Of a stretch of 64,000 nt of DNA, positions 60,322 through 64,000 are shown piece after piece. The stretch is taken from positions 768,001 through 832,000 of the forward strand of contig OZ219926.1 of assembly GCA_964291405.2 (NCBI GenBank), written 5' to 3'. Numbering within the stretch: the stretch's first letter is position 1; each line of letters starts with the position of its first letter. Below the pieces are notes generated by a model. It did no database searches and had not been told where the DNA came from. It saw only the letters and a list, made by a program, of their open reading frames with translations. The DNA comes from Thermodesulfobacteriota bacterium. GTDB taxonomy: Bacteria; Desulfobacterota; Binatia; Bin18. Position numbers and translations under genes: made by a program.

Positions 60322-61694
60322 ACTCCTGCCGAGCGAAGCTGGCGCTCAACATTTTTTTGCGCAGTCCCGCCATAGGACTGACGCCGCTCGACCGCGGCTT
60401 CCAGGCTGAGGCGCGGTAGCAGATCGGCCTCGAACAAGGGGGAAAACTGCTGCCAGTCCTGAAGCGTCAACTGGTGGAGCTCTTTTCCCTCAGCCACACA
60501 CCACTGGACCACCGCACCGACAACGCTATGGGCCTGACGAAACGGCATTTTCTTCTCAACCAGATAGTCGGCAACATCGGTTGCCAGCATGAATCCGCCC
60601 AACGCCGCCTCGGCCAGTCTCTCGGTACGGAAGCGCAACTGCCCCAGCATAGGCTCAAGAACAGTCAGAATACCCTTGAGCGTGTCTACCGTGTCAAACA
60701 GGGGTTCCTTGTCCTCTTGCAAGTCGCGATTATAGGTCAGCGGTAATCCCTTAAGTACGGTCAGCAGGGCGAACAGGTTACCGTATAGGCGGCCAGTCTT
60801 GCCGCGAATAATTTCCGGGACGTCGGGATTCTTTTTTTGGGGCATCATGGAACTGCCGGTCGAAAAGGCCTCCGGCAACTCAATAAAGCCGAATTCACTG
60901 CTCGACCACAGTACGAGTTCTTCGGACAAACGGCTGAGATGCATACCCAGAATCGCCCCGCCGGACAGAAACTCGACCACAAAGTCCCGGTCAGCCACCG
61001 TATCCAGGCTGTTTTCACTCACCCGGGCAAAACCGAGTAAACGTGCAACATAGGCGCGATCAATCGGCAGTGTAGTGCCGGCCAGCGCCCCGGCTCCCAG
61101 GGGCAAGACATTCACACGCTCGCCGCTCTGTTGCAAACGTTCGGCATCGCGGCTGAACATCTCGTGGTAGGCGAGCAGGTGATGGGCAAGCAACACCGGC
61201 TGGGCACGCTGGAGATGGGTATAGCCGGGCAGGACAACGGCCCGGTGGCGCTTGGCCACTCTGGCCAGCCGTTTCTGCAAGCGGCTGAGGAGTTTGAGAA
61301 TCGCCGCGATCTCGTCGCGCACAAAGAGGCGGACATCCAATAGGACCTGATCATTGCGGCTTCGGGCCGTATGCAGCTTGCCGCCGAGCGGACCGACTTT
61401 CTCCGTGAGCCGCCGCTCGATGGCCATATGAATATCCTCATCCGACGGCAGGAAGGGAAAGCGGTCCTGCTCCAGCTCACGCTCGATATTTTTGAGTCCG
61501 GTCAGAATTTTCTGTCCCTCGGCTCGACTCAGCAGCTTCTGTTTGACCAACATCCGACAGTGAGCCACGCTGCCCTGGATGTCGTAGCGGGCCAGGCGTC
61601 GATCAAAGGCCAGCGAAGACGTGAAGGCTTCCATACGCGGGTCGGCCGCGGCAGCGAATCGTCCGGCCCAGGCTTTTGTGCTTTTTGATTTCAT
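60318..61694 (-). CDS. argH: Argininosuccinate lyase
   Basis: WAGRF, EDIH, HTARSRNDQ, PGYTHLQRAQ, TGSSMMPQKKNPD and YNRDLQEDKE. Confidence 0.97.
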   Translation of the reverse strand: MKSKSTKAWAGRFAAAADPRMEAFTSSLAFDRRLARYDIQGSVAHCRMLVKQKLLSRAEGQKILTGLKNIERELEQDRFPFLPSDEDIHMAIERRLTEKVGPLGGKLHTARSRNDQVLLDVRLFVRDEIAAILKLLSRLQKRLARVAKRHRAVVLPGYTHLQRAQPVLLAHHLLAYHEMFSRDAERLQQSGERVNVLPLGAGALAGTTLPIDRAYVARLLGFARVSENSLDTVADRDFVVEFLSGGAILGMHLSRLSEELVLWSSSEFGFIELPEAFSTGSSMMPQKKNPDVPEIIRGKTGRLYGNLFALLTVLKGLPLTYNRDLQEDKEPLFDTVDTLKGILTVLEPMLGQLRFRTERLAEAALGGFMLATDVADYLVEKKMPFRQAHSVVGAVVQWCVAEGKELHQLTLQDWQQFSPLFEADLLPRLSLEAAVERRQSYGGTAQKNVERQLRSAGV

Positions 61695-61766
61695 CGAGAC
61701 ATACGGGACAGGGACCCGCGGCTGGCTCCACCCTGTCGATTCTTGCCCATCGGGAGACGTTCGTCC

Positions 61767-62966
61767 CTACTTCTGGGCCAGCCTACGAATCCGCAAACGC
61801 AGGGAATTGAGGCGGATAAATCCTTCCGCGTCTGCCTGTTGATACTCGCCACTCTCGTCAAAAGACGCGACCTCGGGATTGTACAAGGTGCGATCGGATT
61901 TGCGACCCACCACCATCACATTGCCTTTATACAGCTTGAGCCGGACTGTGCCGGTGACGTTTTTCTGCGACTCATCGATAGCAGCCTGGAGCATCTCGCG
62001 TTCAGGTGCAAACCAATAGCCATAATAGATCATCTCCGCGTAGCGCGGGATCAGCGAGTCGCGCAGATGCACGACTTCGCGGTCCAGGGTCAGCGTCTCC
62101 AGCGCCCGGTGCGCCGTATGCAGAATCGTACCGCCGGGCGTCTCATACACACCCCGCGCCTTCATGCCCACGTAGCGATTCTCGACCAAGTCGCATCGCC
62201 CAATGCCGTGTTTCCCGCCCAGCTCATTGGCTTTGGCCAGCAGGCTGGCCGGAGACAGAGCTTCACCGTTAATCGCCGTGGGATCGCCGGCCACAAAATC
62301 GATTTCAATATATTCAGGCTGGTCGGGGGCGTTCTCCGGTGCAACCGACAGCACAAACATATCTTCATACGGTTCCCGCCAGGGGTCTTCCAGGATGCCG
62401 CCCTCAAAACTCAGATGCAGCAGATTACGGTCCGTGCTGTAGGGCTTCTCCCGGCTGACCGGAATGGGGATCTGCCGCTCTTCGGCATAGGCGATAAGGT
62501 CGGCGCGGCCCTGCATGTCCCACTCCCGCCAGGGCGCAATCACGGTGATATGCGGCTCCAGGGCATAGTAGGTCAGCTCAAAGCGGACTTGGTCGTTGCC
62601 TTTTCCCGTCGCGCCATGCGAAACCGCATCCGCGCCCTCCTGGCGAGCGATTTCAATCTGGCGCTTCGCGATCAGCGGCCGGGCAATGGAGGTCCCCAGC
62701 AGGTAGCCGTCCTCGTAAGAGGTGTTGGCGCGCAGCATGGGAAACACATATTCACGCACAAACTCCTCGCGCAGATCTTCGATATAAATCGCGCTGGCCC
62801 CGACCGCCTGGGCTTTTTCTTCGACGGGTGCAAGTTCCTCCCCTTGGCCAAGGTCGGCACAAAAGGCGACCACCTCGCAACCATAGATATCAATCAGCCA
62901 ACGCAGGATGACCGAGGTATCGAGTCCGCCACTATAGGCAAGAACGACTTTTTTCACATCTACCAC
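61767..62966 (-). CDS. argG: Argininosuccinate synthase
   Basis: [31 protein letters not shown] and [16 protein letters not shown]. Confidence 0.97.
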   Translation of the reverse strand: MVDVKKVVLAYSGGLDTSVILRWLIDIYGCEVVAFCADLGQGEELAPVEEKAQAVGASAIYIEDLREEFVREYVFPMLRANTSYEDGYLLGTSIARPLIAKRQIEIARQEGADAVSHGATGKGNDQVRFELTYYALEPHITVIAPWREWDMQGRADLIAYAEERQIPIPVSREKPYSTDRNLLHLSFEGGILEDPWREPYEDMFVLSVAPENAPDQPEYIEIDFVAGDPTAINGEALSPASLLAKANELGGKHGIGRCDLVENRYVGMKARGVYETPGGTILHTAHRALETLTLDREVVHLRDSLIPRYAEMIYYGYWFAPEREMLQAAIDESQKNVTGTVRLKLYKGNVMVVGRKSDRTLYNPEVASFDESGEYQQADAEGFIRLNSLRLRIRRLAQK

Positions 62967-63002
62967 AAGTGATTTCCTTTCAATCCAGACGGCTCAGCGC
63001 CG

Positions 63003-63058
63003 AAAAGAGTAAACGTGTTCAGCCTCTCATATCTATTGGAGAACACGTTCACTCTTTT
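63003..63058. repeat. Palindromic REP-like element, copy 2
   Basis: AAAAGAGTAAACGTGTTC, 20-nt spacer, GAACACGTTCACTCTTTT. Confidence 0.8.
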
Positions 63059-63969
63059 TACCCTTGAAGCAGCCAGACCATAATGGCTTTTTGGATATGC
63101 AGACGGTTTTCGGATTGGTCAAAAACGACCGACTGTAGACCGTCCAACACGTCTGCCGTGATCTCCTCTCCCCGATGGGCGGGCAGACAGTGCATGACCA
63201 GCGCGTCCGGTTTTGCCAGGCTCATCACCTCGGCATTGATCTGATAGTCGGCGAACGCCTGGCGGCGAACTGCTCCTTCCTCCTCCTGGCCCATACTCGT
63301 CCACACATCGGTATAGACCGCGTCAGCCTCACGCGCGGCCTCAGCCACGGTATGGGTGACTGTCACCCGCGCACCGGCATGACGCGTCTGCTCCAGGACA
63401 GCCCGGTCCGGCTCATATCCGGGCGGGCAGGCCAGCACAAAACGAAACGGCAGTTTCACCGCGGCATGTAACCAGGAATGCACCACGTTATTGCCATCGC
63501 CGACAAAAGCGATTTTCAGGCCCTCAAGAGCGCCCCGGTGTTCGATCAGGGTCAAACAGTCGGCCAGCACCTGGCACGGGTGGAGCAGATCGGACAACCC
63601 GTTGATGACCGGAATCGTTGCGGCCTGGGCGAGTTCGGTCAGCGCCTGATGTGAGAAGGTCCGAGCCATGATGAGATCAACCCAGCGCGAGAGGTTCTTG
63701 GCAACATCGGGAACGGTTTCCCGTGTACCCAGCCCGATATCCTGGGGTGAGAGATAAATCGCATACCCACCCAGTTGGTCCATGCCAGCCTCGAACGTCA
63801 CACGGGTGCGCAAGCTGGGCTTCTCAAAAATCATCGCCAGCGTTTTGCCCGCTAGGATCGGATGCGGCCAGCCCTTTTGGCGGTCAGCCTTGAGCCGCTG
63901 CGCCAGCGAAAAGAGCGCCTCGACCTCCTCCTGGGTCAAATCGCTGATACTGATTAGGTCGCGTTTCAT
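63058..63969 (-). CDS. argF: Ornithine carbamoyltransferase
   Basis: FEKPSLRTR, HPCQ, GDGNN, TDVWTSMGQE, HCLP and ENRLH. Confidence 0.96.
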   Translation of the reverse strand: MKRDLISISDLTQEEVEALFSLAQRLKADRQKGWPHPILAGKTLAMIFEKPSLRTRVTFEAGMDQLGGYAIYLSPQDIGLGTRETVPDVAKNLSRWVDLIMARTFSHQALTELAQAATIPVINGLSDLLHPCQVLADCLTLIEHRGALEGLKIAFVGDGNNVVHSWLHAAVKLPFRFVLACPPGYEPDRAVLEQTRHAGARVTVTHTVAEAAREADAVYTDVWTSMGQEEEGAVRRQAFADYQINAEVMSLAKPDALVMHCLPAHRGEEITADVLDGLQSVVFDQSENRLHIQKAIMVWLLQG

Positions 63970-64000
63970 TGTCGGGCCAGTACTTTTTCAAGGATGTCCA
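63966..64000 (-). CDS. 3' end of the upstream gene (probably acetylornithine aminotransferase)
   Basis: DILEKVLARQ* overlaps the argF start (ATGA). Identity inferred from synteny only. Confidence 0.35.
   Translation of the reverse strand, partial: DILEKVLARQ

Noticed and set aside
61743-62972. 409-aa plus-strand ORF
   Set aside because: Antisense shadow spanning argG, with no recognisable motifs.
59806-63058. Palindromic repeats as a CRISPR array
   Set aside because: Only two copies, 3.2 kb apart and separated by housekeeping genes; no cas genes.

Overview
Bacterial chromosomal window that looks like a deltaproteobacterial-type organism. That assignment rests only on gene order and protein style and is not verified. 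From left to right it holds: the 5' part of a PBP1b gene; DUF1844; a GT9 glycosyltransferase; cysK-larE; and a minus-strand rRNA operon (16S, tRNA-Ile, tRNA-Ala, 23S) that terminates with no 5S gene. Next come tldD-pmbA, a DEDD/GIY-YIG fusion nuclease, and a three-gene block: a PEP-mutase-like/cytidylyltransferase fusion, a single-domain terpene-cyclase-fold protein and a Rieske ferredoxin. Two convergent heavy-metal RND operons (Czc-type and Cus-type) follow, each led by a small Cys/His leader ORF. A sulfur block follows them: persulfide dioxygenase-rhodanese (1-nt frameshift), a 4Fe-4S/NrfD fusion, a Tat-less molybdoenzyme, SulP and GshA. The right part has an NCS2 permease fused to a degenerate HATPase domain, acoABX, PuuD-like, crcB and APH-family genes, a probable CxxU AhpD/CMD selenoprotein split by an in-frame TGA, aat, a decayed VapBC plus NERD-UvrD patch, and argFGH-lipoprotein-dapF-dapA-dapB with two copies of a palindromic repeat. 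The best candidates for undescribed biology are the atypical phosphonate/terpene-cyclase block, the cytoplasmic sulfane-sulfur oxidation module, leader-peptide control of the metal pumps, and the AhpD selenoprotein. All calls come from reading motifs by eye; no database search was run.
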